DNA of 64,000 bases from an uncultured Candidatus Saccharibacteria bacterium (GTDB taxonomy: Bacteria; Patescibacteriota; JAUYIX01; CAYNWW01): the NCBI GenBank assembly GCA_964401055.1, contig CAYNWW010000001.1:105003-169002 (forward strand). The letters are read 5' to 3'. Below, piece after piece: positions 48,129 through 57,948 of this stretch. The position numbers were made by a program, and so were the translations under genes. Position 1 is the stretch's first letter. Each line of letters opens with the position of its first letter. Below the pieces are notes generated by a model, which did not search any database, was not told the DNA's origin, and saw nothing but the letters and a program-made list of their open reading frames with translations.

Positions 48129-49583
48129 TTAATATGCTTTTGCGTAATACACGATTTGGGTGACCGGATTTTTTCCGCACATGGCGCAGATCTCGCCTGC
48201 AGCCGGCGATTCATTTGCTGCAACCACGCGAGGTGTGGCTTTCGTCTCTTGTTGAATCAGCGCTTCACATTCGCTGGTGCTGCAGACGTGGATTTTGACA
48301 AATCCTGCAGCGGCCGTGGATGCGACACGTTCTTTGAGCTCGTCAAGTGAGGCGGCCGCGCTTGTACGTTGAGACAAAAATTCGCGTGAGCGTGCAAGCA
48401 TACCTTGCTGGATTTCTTCTAGCAATTTCACGCTTGTCTCTGTGATAGCCGCGCGGGCAACGGTTTGTTTTTCTCCCGTGTCGCGTCGAGCAAGCACCAG
48501 AGTGCCGCCATCGATATCTCGTGGTCCGAGCTCCATGCGGAGCGGCACGCCGCGCTGTTCCCATTCGTTGAATTTGAATCCTGGTGATTCTTGCGTGCGA
48601 TCATCGAGATGGACGCGCATCCCGGCGTCGCGTAACTCTCGCACCAATCCGCCGGCTGCTTCCAGTACTCGAGCTTCTTGGCCAGGCTTCAAAATCGGCA
48701 CAATCACGATTTGATGCGGTGCGATCCGCGGTGGCAGCACCAGGCCTTTGGCGTCGCCGTGACCCATGATGAGCGCGCCGATCAGGCGAGTGGAAATTCC
48801 CCACGACGTTTGCCACACATGGTCGAGCTTGCCATCGGCTGCCGCGTACGTAATATCAAATGATTTGGAAAAATGTTGGCCAAGGTGATGCGACGTGCCC
48901 ATTTGCAACGCTTTGCCGTCTCGCATCAAACCTTCGCAGGTCGTCGTATAGAGCGCGCCGGCAAATTTTTGTGAATCGGTTTTTCGGCCGCTCAACACAG
49001 CGATCGCGAGATAGTCTTCAAAAAACGACCGATAGTCCGCAAGCGCTTCGTCCACATCAGCAGCCGCTTGCTCAGATGTCGCAAACGCGCAATGCCCTTC
49101 TTGCCACAAAAATTCACTGGTGCGCAAAAAGAATCGGGTGCGTTTTTCCCAGCGCATCACATTGCACCACTGATTGAGCTTCATCGGAAGATCGCGCCAC
49201 GAGTGAATCCACTGCTTTTGCATCGCGTGAATCATGGTCTCGGATGTCGGTCGGATCGCTAGTCGCTCGGCCAATTCTTTTCCGCCGCCTGCCGTCACCC
49301 ATGCTATTTCGGGCGCAAATCCCTCGACGTGTTCTTTTTCTTGCGAGATAAAATGTTCCGGAATCAACAAAGGGAAATAGGCATTTTCCACGCCACGCGC
49401 TTTGATGCGGCGATCCATTTCCAGCTGAATCAGCTCCCAGATTGCATATCCGTAGGGTCGGATGACCATGCATCCGCGCACAGGCGCAAAATCCGCGAGT
49501 TTCGCTTCCAAAATAGTCCGTTGGTACCATTCGGTGAAATCAGCAGGAGCTTCGCCGGGTTTGAGTGAGGGTGTGTGTGACAT
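48129..49583 (-). CDS. proS: Proline--tRNA ligase, archaeal/eukaryotic type
   Basis: IRPTSET, FLRTSEFLWQEGH, QMGTSHHLGQ, SWGISTR, C-terminal AKAY. Confidence 0.96.
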   Translation of the reverse strand: MSHTPSLKPGEAPADFTEWYQRTILEAKLADFAPVRGCMVIRPYGYAIWELIQLEMDRRIKARGVENAYFPLLIPEHFISQEKEHVEGFAPEIAWVTAGGGKELAERLAIRPTSETMIHAMQKQWIHSWRDLPMKLNQWCNVMRWEKRTRFFLRTSEFLWQEGHCAFATSEQAAADVDEALADYRSFFEDYLAIAVLSGRKTDSQKFAGALYTTTCEGLMRDGKALQMGTSHHLGQHFSKSFDITYAAADGKLDHVWQTSWGISTRLIGALIMGHGDAKGLVLPPRIAPHQIVIVPILKPGQEARVLEAAGGLVRELRDAGMRVHLDDRTQESPGFKFNEWEQRGVPLRMELGPRDIDGGTLVLARRDTGEKQTVARAAITETSVKLLEEIQQGMLARSREFLSQRTSAAASLDELKERVASTAAAGFVKIHVCSTSECEALIQQETKATPRVVAANESPAAGEICAMCGKNPVTQIVYYAKAY

Positions 49584-49591
49584 ATGTTCGA

Positions 49592-50266
49592 TTATACCTG
49601 AATTTGTCGCTCATGCAAAAAATGATGCACTTTTGCAAACAGCCGACGCGTGATGATGATATATGTCGCCATGAGCGGAAATAACAACAGTGCCCATGCT
49701 GGATTGTCTGCGGTGAGGAAATAATCAAATGCCCCATGCAACACAATCGGCACCACAAGGCCTTTGACCAAAAATCCGCGTTCGCCCGGCACCTGATATT
49801 TTTTCGCTGCCACATAATAGCCAATCATGACCGCGCCAAGCGCATGCATTGGCACCGTAAAAAATGCGCGAATCAGTGCGATACCCACCCCACCTTGGAT
49901 GACGTAGAGAATATTTTCAATGCTCGCAAATCCTAGCGAGATTGCCACAGCATACACCACGCCGTCGTATAGTTCGGAAAACTCTTTTTGACGCGCGGCC
50001 CAGTATCGGACAACCACATACTTAATCCCCTCTTCGACAAGTGCAATCGCAATAAATGTTTCATAGATGCGTGGGACCTCTCGAGTTGCGCCAAGCGCAT
50101 ATTCCAGAATGATTGCCGGAACGATCGCAATCATTCCCATAATAAATGCGAGAAGCACGGTTGTTTTTGGCTCGGCATCGCCCGCATCTTTTTTATAAAA
50201 AAACCAGAGCAGGAGAGCTCCAGGCAAAAGTGACAACACAAGGAGAAGAAAAAAATACACAATCAC
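49592..50266 (-). CDS. prsW: PrsW-family intramembrane metalloprotease
   Basis: EEGIK, GFASIENILY, HA, HGAFD. Confidence 0.9.
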   Translation of the reverse strand: MIVYFFLLLVLSLLPGALLLWFFYKKDAGDAEPKTTVLLAFIMGMIAIVPAIILEYALGATREVPRIYETFIAIALVEEGIKYVVVRYWAARQKEFSELYDGVVYAVAISLGFASIENILYVIQGGVGIALIRAFFTVPMHALGAVMIGYYVAAKKYQVPGERGFLVKGLVVPIVLHGAFDYFLTADNPAWALLLFPLMATYIIITRRLFAKVHHFLHERQIQV

Positions 50267-50278
50267 GCGCGGATCATA

Positions 50279-51061
50279 TTACATACAAAAATAGGGACGC
50301 TGCCAAATGCCGAGTTGGTGCTCGCGCGCGTACGCTTCGATTGCTCGAAAATGTGGCTCGAGTGCGATGTCGGGTGCAAATGTGAGCGTCTTTGCAAGAC
50401 CTTGAGCAAGCAGTCGATCGGCAACCGATTCGCCATCAACCGAGACATGGCGCAGCAAGCGATGAATTTGATCAGTATCGCTCACTTCTTTTGTCAGGGT
50501 TACGTGTTTTCCCAGAACAAGCATCTCGTTGTACAAGCGCGCAGTGTCGCCTTTGCACTGAAAATGATCACGCGGCGAGACGATCTCAGGGGCATCAATG
50601 CCGATGTAGCGAATTTCTTTAGTCTGGTCGGCGTATGCGCCGCTGCCTTGATCAAAATGCACCAAAATACTGTCGCCGTCAATAACTTGCGTGACAATGC
50701 CTTGCTCTTGTTTGTGTTGGGCAAAAGTTTGTTGCGTTTGCTGTGGACGCGGAGCGATGCTCATCAGGCCTTCTGACGCAGTATCTGCAGCAGAGACATT
50801 TGTGGGAGCTGCGGTGAAATCGGGTGGCGCAATCGGGGCTTGTGCGCGGACACCTGCGCCTGGCTGCGCATGTGTCACTGCGAGTGCGCCGCAGACGAGC
50901 ATCGCGCACGCGAGTTTTTCTTTACCCAAGCTCCAGCAGACGACGAAGCCAACCGTTGCAAGCAAGGCGATTGCAAATTGCGCGCCCCCAAATATACCTA
51001 CTGCGAGAGCAAGCAGAAGTGCGACCGTCAACAAGATGCTGGTGCGGATTCTGGTGAACAT
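50279..51061 (-). CDS. Membrane-anchored thermonuclease (SNase)
   Basis: VIDGDSI, IRYIGIDAPE, D..HRLLR.V. Confidence 0.88.
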   Translation of the reverse strand: MFTRIRTSILLTVALLLALAVGIFGGAQFAIALLATVGFVVCWSLGKEKLACAMLVCGALAVTHAQPGAGVRAQAPIAPPDFTAAPTNVSAADTASEGLMSIAPRPQQTQQTFAQHKQEQGIVTQVIDGDSILVHFDQGSGAYADQTKEIRYIGIDAPEIVSPRDHFQCKGDTARLYNEMLVLGKHVTLTKEVSDTDQIHRLLRHVSVDGESVADRLLAQGLAKTLTFAPDIALEPHFRAIEAYAREHQLGIWQRPYFCM

Positions 51062-51075
51062 GCGAAGCGGTTGAA

Positions 51076-51567
51076 TTAGTATTGGCTATCGGTTGCGGGT
51101 AATTCGGAATCGTCTTTGGGCGTTTGCTCGTCTGCTTGTTGGATGCTGGGTGCAGGAGTTTTTGCGGATTGAGTGACGCTAAACGACTGTTCACTTTTGT
51201 CATGAGTGCGTTCGTTTTCTACTCGAAAAACATAATCTCCGGGCTCAAATGCAGGCTGACTGAGACGAAATCCGATTGCGCGATCGCTCGAGACCTCGAT
51301 TTCTTTTTCACCGAGCAGCTTATCTTTGAGATACCAGGAGCCTTTCAGCGGCGTAGTGTCGGTGACGCCTGTGATGCGTACTGAAGCAAAAATGGTACCG
51401 GCGTCAGAGGAAAAGCTTGTTTTTGCTGCTCCGATCGCCTCTTGGGTCGCATCGTCCACGTTGTCCGTCATGGTAATCTGGGCGATTTTTGCATTGCCAA
51501 AACTGCAACTTGCACCAAGAAATGCAATCACAAACGCACTTGTCACGACTAAAGATAATCGTTTCAT
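51076..51567 (-). CDS. Lipoprotein with Ig-like domain
   Basis: Lipobox-like LGASC; PGDYVFRV. Confidence 0.7.
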   Translation of the reverse strand: MKRLSLVVTSAFVIAFLGASCSFGNAKIAQITMTDNVDDATQEAIGAAKTSFSSDAGTIFASVRITGVTDTTPLKGSWYLKDKLLGEKEIEVSSDRAIGFRLSQPAFEPGDYVFRVENERTHDKSEQSFSVTQSAKTPAPSIQQADEQTPKDDSELPATDSQY

Positions 51568-51596
51568 GCGTAAAGTATATCTTTTTTTGGCGCGAA

Positions 51597-52313
51597 TCAG
51601 AAGGAGCGACTATCCACAGCGCGTGCGAGAAATACGCGAGGGTCAACCCAGGCGTTAAGCTCGCTTTGTGTCTTGACGTAGCCGGCAAGCTCGATGTCTC
51701 CGCCTTTGTGAATGCTGATGTGCAGGTGCTTGCGCTCGCCGTCGGTTTCAGCGGATTTGTCGCGTCCGAGGATCCCGATTTTTTGTCCAAGTTTGACGGT
51801 GTCGCCCGCACGAAAAGCGACTGAAGTTTTTTTCAGATGACCGTAGAGCACGGTGTATTCCTGGCCATCAAGCGTGAAATCCACCACGACCACGCCGCCA
51901 TATCCTGATATGGTGTCAACTTTTTTCACCACTCCCGGCGCGATCGAAAACACGCTGATGTCTTGGTCGAGTTCTTGTGCAGTGACTTCTGCGTCAACGC
52001 CGGTGTGATAGCCGGTAAATCGTTCGTGTTGGACGGGTGAATTGGATGGACTGACAAACACGCCAAAGAGTTTTTTGGTGAGACGCAAGGCAAATCCATT
52101 GAGTGGTGTGACGAGCTCGGGTTGTTGTTGCGGCTGAGTGCTTGTTGGGTCAATCGAGGCTGCGGTTTGCTGAGTTGCTGAGTTTGATGAGGAGAGTGCG
52201 GCAAGTTGGGCTTCTTTGCGCACGGTATCGCGGCGCAGTGCCCAATTGGCAACGCCCAGAATGGTAATTCCAATAAGCGCCACGATAATGCCGATGCGAA
52301 GTGACCTGATCAA
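51597..52313 (-). CDS. M23-family peptidase
   Basis: HTGVD, YGHL, HLH. Confidence 0.9.
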   Translation of the reverse strand: MIRSLRIGIIVALIGITILGVANWALRRDTVRKEAQLAALSSSNSATQQTAASIDPTSTQPQQQPELVTPLNGFALRLTKKLFGVFVSPSNSPVQHERFTGYHTGVDAEVTAQELDQDISVFSIAPGVVKKVDTISGYGGVVVVDFTLDGQEYTVLYGHLKKTSVAFRAGDTVKLGQKIGILGRDKSAETDGERKHLHISIHKGGDIELAGYVKTQSELNAWVDPRVFLARAVDSRSF

Positions 52314-52867
52314 AATGGTGATGTGAATTCACTGATGCTCGGGCGTTGTGCGTCGCGCGGCGAGATCATGGGTGTCATGCCATCAAACGGCCACGCGATA
52401 TTGAGTGCGGGGTCCAGTGGATTGAGTCCGCCTTCGCTTGCAGGTGCGTAGAGCGCCGAACATTTGTACAAAAAATGAGTGTCATCTTCGAGTGCGAGTA
52501 GTCCGTGCGCAAATCCGGCAGGAATAAAGAACATCATGTTATTGCGCGCGCTCAGCAACACGCCAAAAGACTTGCCGTAGGTTGGAGAATCGCGCCGAAT
52601 GTCAACTGCGACGTCGTACGCGGCGCCAGCGGTGACGCGTACGAGTTTTGCTTGCGCGTAAGGCGGAGTTTGAAAATGCATGCCGCGGATAACGCCGCGC
52701 CGCGAAATAGATTCGTTGTCTTGGACAAATTCAACGTCGATTCCGTGCGCGCGAAACAATTCCGCATTGTACGTTTCGAAAAATGCACCGCGATCGTCGG
52801 TGAATACGGCAGGCTGGATAATCATGAGTCCGGCGAGTGGGCCGGGAGTAAATGTCGGTTGTGGCAT
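52310..52867 (-). CDS. rmlC: dTDP-4-dehydrorhamnose 3,5-epimerase
   Basis: DDRGAFFE, QDNES.S, RGMHFQ, GFAHG; start 52867. Confidence 0.94.
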   Translation of the reverse strand: MPQPTFTPGPLAGLMIIQPAVFTDDRGAFFETYNAELFRAHGIDVEFVQDNESISRRGVIRGMHFQTPPYAQAKLVRVTAGAAYDVAVDIRRDSPTYGKSFGVLLSARNNMMFFIPAGFAHGLLALEDDTHFLYKCSALYAPASEGGLNPLDPALNIAWPFDGMTPMISPRDAQRPSISEFTSPF

Positions 52868-52872
52868 ATGGG

Positions 52873-54447
52873 TCAGTATATCATACGAATACAAATCTGT
52901 GGGCCGCGCGGGCCGATGGTGGTTGAAGTGCGTGGTTGTGCGAGCAGTTGCCAGTCGGGAGCTTCGATTGCGGCTTGTGCGCGTTCATTGCGTTGACTTG
53001 GAATGCAGGTAACAACGTGTGTGTGCGCGTCGACATCGCGCTGGTGAATTTCGAGAAATTGAGAGGTTGCGCCGTCGGTAATTTTGTTTCGTTGGTCGCT
53101 GCTCTCGATGAGATAGTCAACATGAGCTTTTTTATATTGCGTGATTGTTTTTTCCGCAACGGTATCATAGTTCGTCACGCGAAATATTGCTCCGTTCAGT
53201 ATCGGCGCATATCGGTCGCGCACTACGTGGGCATGTGCGGGCAGATTGTTGGCAATCCACTGCGCGGCGATTTCGCGCGTTTCCGGTTGTAAAAACGACT
53301 CTGTTGTCCGGATGCCGCGGACGCACGCCGGTAGAATGATGAGTACGGCGAGCGTGGCGGCAAGGCGCGGCGATTTTTTTGCTAGCAATGCAACGCCGCC
53401 TGCGGCAAAAATTGCACAAAAAGGCAGAAGCGGAATCATCCACCGATCCCAATGAAGCGCATGCGCACTGAGTGTGTAGAAAAAAGTCAGAGGGAATGCG
53501 GCGACAATCAGGGCATCGCGCTGACGCTTGATGATGAGTACATACAGTGCTGTGCTCACGGCCGCAAGTATGGCAAAGGTGCCCATGCCCCAGGTGAGCG
53601 TGGTGGTCGCATAAAATTTCATATTTCCCAGCCAGGAAAGTCCATCTGCGCCGGGATGATGCGCGCGCCCTTCGTACAACACGTCCTTGATCAAGTGTGT
53701 CGGCGAATCCAATGCGTGCGGCACCAATACGAGCCAGACCATGAGTGCGATTCCTGCTGCGCCCCAGAGGTTGCGAGTTTGGCGCTTGGGTCGGGCGATG
53801 CTGAGATGCGCAATCACGAGTGACACCGCGCCAAGAATGCCGGGGTATTTCGTCGCCAGTGCGATGCCAATCGTAATGCCCGCCGCGATGTATGATCGCC
53901 TGCTGCCGTGCGTGCGATGGATTTCAGTGGCACACCACACCACAAGCAAACTCCACCACGCGAGCGGTATATCCGGCCGAATATATGCCACGTGCTCGAT
54001 GAGCATGCTACTCGCCGCGACAAGTAGCGCAGCGCTCGCACCGATTGCGGATGAGGCTTGAAATAAGCGCCGAGTGAGTGCGTACACGAGCACGAGTACG
54101 CCCAGGATGTATGCGAGATTGAGTGCGCGCGCGGTCACAAACACCCAGCGTTCCTGCGCGGCGTATGCATGCGCGATGGTAGGCGCATGTGTGATATGCG
54201 TGAGGCGTGCAATAGAAAATCCAACACGTAGAGCTGCTGCTTCTGAATAAAACAGCGTCGAGTCCGGTAGTCCAAATTTGTACGGATTTGCGGTCGGATG
54301 CTCGGCGATCAATATTGCCGGTCCGAGCACGTATGCATCATCAGGGTGGATTGCCTGTGGAATGCCGAAAAACAGCACCGGAACGCGCATCAGGAGTGCA
54401 AGTACGAGGACGACAATGAGGAATTTGTGATCGCGAAATAGATGCAT
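52873..54447 (-). CDS. GT-C (ArnT/PMT, GT39-like) membrane glycosyltransferase
   Basis: HPDD loop motif, RPD, ATKYP, RWMIPLLP; many TMs. Confidence 0.82.
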   Translation of the reverse strand: MHLFRDHKFLIVVLVLALLMRVPVLFFGIPQAIHPDDAYVLGPAILIAEHPTANPYKFGLPDSTLFYSEAAALRVGFSIARLTHITHAPTIAHAYAAQERWVFVTARALNLAYILGVLVLVYALTRRLFQASSAIGASAALLVAASSMLIEHVAYIRPDIPLAWWSLLVVWCATEIHRTHGSRRSYIAAGITIGIALATKYPGILGAVSLVIAHLSIARPKRQTRNLWGAAGIALMVWLVLVPHALDSPTHLIKDVLYEGRAHHPGADGLSWLGNMKFYATTTLTWGMGTFAILAAVSTALYVLIIKRQRDALIVAAFPLTFFYTLSAHALHWDRWMIPLLPFCAIFAAGGVALLAKKSPRLAATLAVLIILPACVRGIRTTESFLQPETREIAAQWIANNLPAHAHVVRDRYAPILNGAIFRVTNYDTVAEKTITQYKKAHVDYLIESSDQRNKITDGATSQFLEIHQRDVDAHTHVVTCIPSQRNERAQAAIEAPDWQLLAQPRTSTTIGPRGPQICIRMIY

Positions 54448-54475
54448 ATCTCATCATAGAGCCCAGGTGAGGATT

Positions 54476-54536
54476 TTGACAACTTTTTTTCAGAGGCGTA
54501 AGGTGAATTATTACCGCAAGATGGTTTTGTGGTAAT
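54476..54536 (+). promoter_or_regulatory. Promoter plus 5' hairpin
   Basis: TTGACA-17-TAAGGT; ATTACCGCAAGA-TGG-TTTTGTGGTAAT begins at the predicted start site. Confidence 0.7.
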
Positions 54537-54559
54537 GCTAAGCAGGAGGATGTAGCGCG

Positions 54560-55390
54560 ATGTTTTTGGCTCATATGGGTGCGCCCATGGTGATCGGAAA
54601 CGAATGGTGTGAAATTGATGGTACGCTAGACTTTTTGGAGCAATTTTATGGGCCACAGCGACCATTTTCTCGCATCATCGTGCCGGGTGGTCCGCTGGCG
54701 CTTCGAGAAGATAGCTTGTATCTTGCTGAAGTATTTAGGTCGGCAGATATTTTGGTGAAGACATATCACCCCAAAGATCTCTACTTCATTGGGAATAAAG
54801 GACAAGAAAACGCTGATGTGATAAGCCTTATCGGCGGATTTTTCTCAGATAAGCGTTTGCAAAAAATCAGCAATTTAAACCTTGGTATTCGTTTGCGTCC
54901 AAAGGAAGACAGCTATCTGGAAAGAGGTACAGCCGTCATTGTTGGTTGTTCCGACCCTCGACTTGTAAACACTGCGTTACCTGCGCTGCATAAAGAAGTG
55001 CAGGAGGTGCTGCAGATTCAGGATGAAAGTGTACCTTTTCGACCATTGTTGTTTCATATTGCAGGAGGAGCCCAGCAGCTTGCGCGAAACTCGGGTATGT
55101 TCGAGAATTTTCGTGCCTGGATCGCGTCGTGTTTGAAAAAAGGAAACCCGATTCGTACCATTGCTCTTTCCACACACACGCGATGTGGATCTTATGCAGC
55201 GGAAGCTCCTGCTGGCGTTGATGGTATGACGTCACCATGGCAATTAGAGCAACAGCGCAAAGATTTGTATGAGATTGCTTCTTGGCTCAGTGATCTGTTT
55301 CCGAAAACAATAATCACGAGTCATATCATGCATCTTAGCCCTGACCATGGCTTTGATAATCTGGAGCAGCGCCCAATGGTCCTGGGTTAA
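54560..55390 (+). CDS. Divergent beta-carbonic-anhydrase-like protein
   Basis: CSDPR, IAGG, HTRCGSY zinc-ligand motifs; AGGAGG SD. Confidence 0.7.
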   Translation: MFLAHMGAPMVIGNEWCEIDGTLDFLEQFYGPQRPFSRIIVPGGPLALREDSLYLAEVFRSADILVKTYHPKDLYFIGNKGQENADVISLIGGFFSDKRLQKISNLNLGIRLRPKEDSYLERGTAVIVGCSDPRLVNTALPALHKEVQEVLQIQDESVPFRPLLFHIAGGAQQLARNSGMFENFRAWIASCLKKGNPIRTIALSTHTRCGSYAAEAPAGVDGMTSPWQLEQQRKDLYEIASWLSDLFPKTIITSHIMHLSPDHGFDNLEQRPMVLG

Positions 55391-55393
55391 TTC

Positions 55394-55425
55394 GCCGCCA
55401 CCTCTTGTGTGCGGCTTTTTCTTTT
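55394..55425 (+). terminator. Intrinsic terminator
   Basis: GCCGC..GCGGC + TTTTTCTTTT. Confidence 0.65.
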
Positions 55426-55451
55426 GGAAAAAAATAGACTACACTGCAGGC

Positions 55452-56600
55452 ATGAAACGGACTTATGCTGCAGTACTATTTGCGATTTTTTTCGGTTACC
55501 TCGGATTGCTCGGTGGCGTGTTGTGGTTTGCAAAACATCGGCAGAAACCACACGCGCAGCAGCAACAGGCGCAGGTTGGCGTAAGTCCGCGCGCACAAAT
55601 TTTGCAAACAGTAGTTCCTGTGCCGTCGTCAGCACCTACGCTTCCTGTACTTGATCTCGCTACCATTTTTTCTAGCTCGTCGCTGGATGTATCCGCGCTC
55701 GATCCGACTCATATCACTCGCCTGCTTGCTACCGGCGACGTGATCCCGGCGCGTGAAGTCAACCGTGCCATGGTGCTTGCGCACAATTTTTTTACGCCAT
55801 TGTCACAAACTCGTGAATATTTGCGCGGAGCTGATATCTCGCTCATCGATCTCGAGTCGCCGTTGCTCAAGACCGGCTGCCCAATTATTCGCGAGGGATT
55901 TACGTTTTGCGGTCAGGCCGGATTTGCCGATGCACTCGCCGATGCGGGCGTGGATGTGGTGAATTTGCCCAACAACCATATTGGAAATTTTGGACTCGAT
56001 GGGATTGCGCAAACCGAGCGCGTGCTGGATGAGCGCGGATTGGCGTGGGATGGATTTGGTACCGTGGCGACGAAAAAAGTGCACGATGTCACGTTTGGAT
56101 TCATGGGCTGGAATGCGGTGGGTGCGCCGGTTGATCGGACGAAAATCGCGCATGATGTTGCAGAAGCAAAAAAGCACGTGGATGTGCTGGTGGTCTCAAT
56201 GCATTGGGGTAAAGAATATGTTGCGACGCCGAGTTCTGCGGCTGGGATCGCGCCTGATGATCCTCGCGAGCTTGGTCGGCTCCTCGTCGATGCGGGCGCG
56301 GATCTGGTCATTGGCAATCATCCGCATTGGGCGCAAGGTGTCGAGATGTATCGTGATAAGTTGATCACTTACGCGCACGGAAATTTTATGTTTGACCAAA
56401 ACTGGTCACAAGAAACCCAAGAAGGCGTTGTTGGTGAATACACGTTTTATGATCATGTACTCGTGGGCGTTCATTTTCAGCCCATTCAAATCGGAAAAAA
56501 TTTCGGACCATCATTGCTTGATGCCAATCGTGGAGCGCACATCATCAGCCAAATGAAAAAATCAACTGACGAAATGCTCGCCTCGCCTATTCTTCCTTGA
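55452..56600 (+). CDS. CapA-family metallophosphatase-fold protein
   Basis: GDV, DLESP, NNHIGNFG, HWGKEY, GNHPHW, GNFMFDQ; start 55452. Confidence 0.88.
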   Translation: MKRTYAAVLFAIFFGYLGLLGGVLWFAKHRQKPHAQQQQAQVGVSPRAQILQTVVPVPSSAPTLPVLDLATIFSSSSLDVSALDPTHITRLLATGDVIPAREVNRAMVLAHNFFTPLSQTREYLRGADISLIDLESPLLKTGCPIIREGFTFCGQAGFADALADAGVDVVNLPNNHIGNFGLDGIAQTERVLDERGLAWDGFGTVATKKVHDVTFGFMGWNAVGAPVDRTKIAHDVAEAKKHVDVLVVSMHWGKEYVATPSSAAGIAPDDPRELGRLLVDAGADLVIGNHPHWAQGVEMYRDKLITYAHGNFMFDQNWSQETQEGVVGEYTFYDHVLVGVHFQPIQIGKNFGPSLLDANRGAHIISQMKKSTDEMLASPILP

Positions 56601-57948
56601 GCACTTTTGCCGGATCCACTTTTGCCGCTTTGTATCCTGGCCACACGCATGCGATGGCGCCGACCGCATTCACCACAAGCCAGACGCCAGCGAGTGACAG
56701 TACGGGAACGCTCACAAACAAATGCTTGGGAAGTGTCGGTGATGCTGCCGAACTAAAATCGAGCAGCAAATAAAACAAATCCGCGCCCCATGTCCGTGAA
56801 GCGAATTCAGTTACCGCAAGTGCAAATCCGCAGCCGAGGAGAAATCCAATGTTGACGATGATAAGCGCGTAGGTGATAACAATTTTGTAGATATCTGATT
56901 TTGTCGCTCCTACGGCACGAAATAGGCCAATCTCTTTTTTGCTGTCGCCGACAATTTTTCCTACCGTAGTGAGGACAAACAGCGCCGCAATTGCCAAGAA
57001 AAATCCGCCAACGCCATACCCTGTCTGCTTGAATCCATTGATAGCGTCCGTGAACATGTCATAGCGCCCATCGAGCGCCACGAGCGGCCCGCCTTGCAGC
57101 GATGCATTGCTGAGGTTTGTGGCTGAGAACGCATTGAAATTTTTATTTTTCTCTTTGAGGAATTCGTTGCGCTCAGACTTTGTTTTGAGCTCCGTAATGA
57201 TGTTGCCTTCCAGCTGCGCGCCGTCAAGAAGCTTTTTCACATCGGAATTTTTTTCAAACGCCCAGTTTGGCAGAAGCAGTGCTTCTGAGGTGAGAAACAA
57301 ATCGCTCGTACTAAAAATGCTCGACGAACTAAATCCCACGATCACGAGATGAATGCCCGTCGCTGCTTGATCCTCATTTGTGAGCTCGACTTCTTTTCCT
57401 GTATATTTCGCGATCGCCTTTTGGCCAAGTTCGTATTTTGCTTTTTCGCCCAGACTTTTGTAATTTGGATATTCTTGCTCAAGTACGAGTCGCTTGGGCA
57501 CAACGACAGGAATTTTGCCATCGGCGCGCTCGTCAAAAAGTGATCCGTCGGCAAGGAAGTCGCGGACAAATGGCGCATCGATCGAGCGAATCTCGAGCTG
57601 GGAAAGTGTCTGCTCATTAACAAAATTTTTGAGTCCAAATTTGCTTTGACGAATTATTCGCTGGAGAAATACGGTGTTTATGCGATAATCAGCATTTGCT
57701 GCGCGATACTTTTCCGGCGCAAATGAAGATAGCTCGTCAGCGCTCACGCCTTGGATTGCAAACGATCGGTGCGCGGTCGTATCTACAAACAACGTACGAG
57801 TCGCAGTTAGCAATCCTTGCGTGGCAAAAAGTAGCGCAAGCATGACAGTTACGCCCAGCGCTACCGCAAATCCGGAGAAAAATTGACGAACGCGGCGGTT
57901 TTTAAATTTTGTCCGCGCCAATGAGAGCGCGCTTGTGATGTTAATCAT
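56587..57948 (-). CDS. ABC transporter permease (FtsX/MacB-like)
   Basis: EIGLFRAVGA, PGYKAAKVDP; start 57948. Confidence 0.87.
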   Translation of the reverse strand: MINITSALSLARTKFKNRRVRQFFSGFAVALGVTVMLALLFATQGLLTATRTLFVDTTAHRSFAIQGVSADELSSFAPEKYRAANADYRINTVFLQRIIRQSKFGLKNFVNEQTLSQLEIRSIDAPFVRDFLADGSLFDERADGKIPVVVPKRLVLEQEYPNYKSLGEKAKYELGQKAIAKYTGKEVELTNEDQAATGIHLVIVGFSSSSIFSTSDLFLTSEALLLPNWAFEKNSDVKKLLDGAQLEGNIITELKTKSERNEFLKEKNKNFNAFSATNLSNASLQGGPLVALDGRYDMFTDAINGFKQTGYGVGGFFLAIAALFVLTTVGKIVGDSKKEIGLFRAVGATKSDIYKIVITYALIIVNIGFLLGCGFALAVTEFASRTWGADLFYLLLDFSSAASPTLPKHLFVSVPVLSLAGVWLVVNAVGAIACVWPGYKAAKVDPAKVLKEE

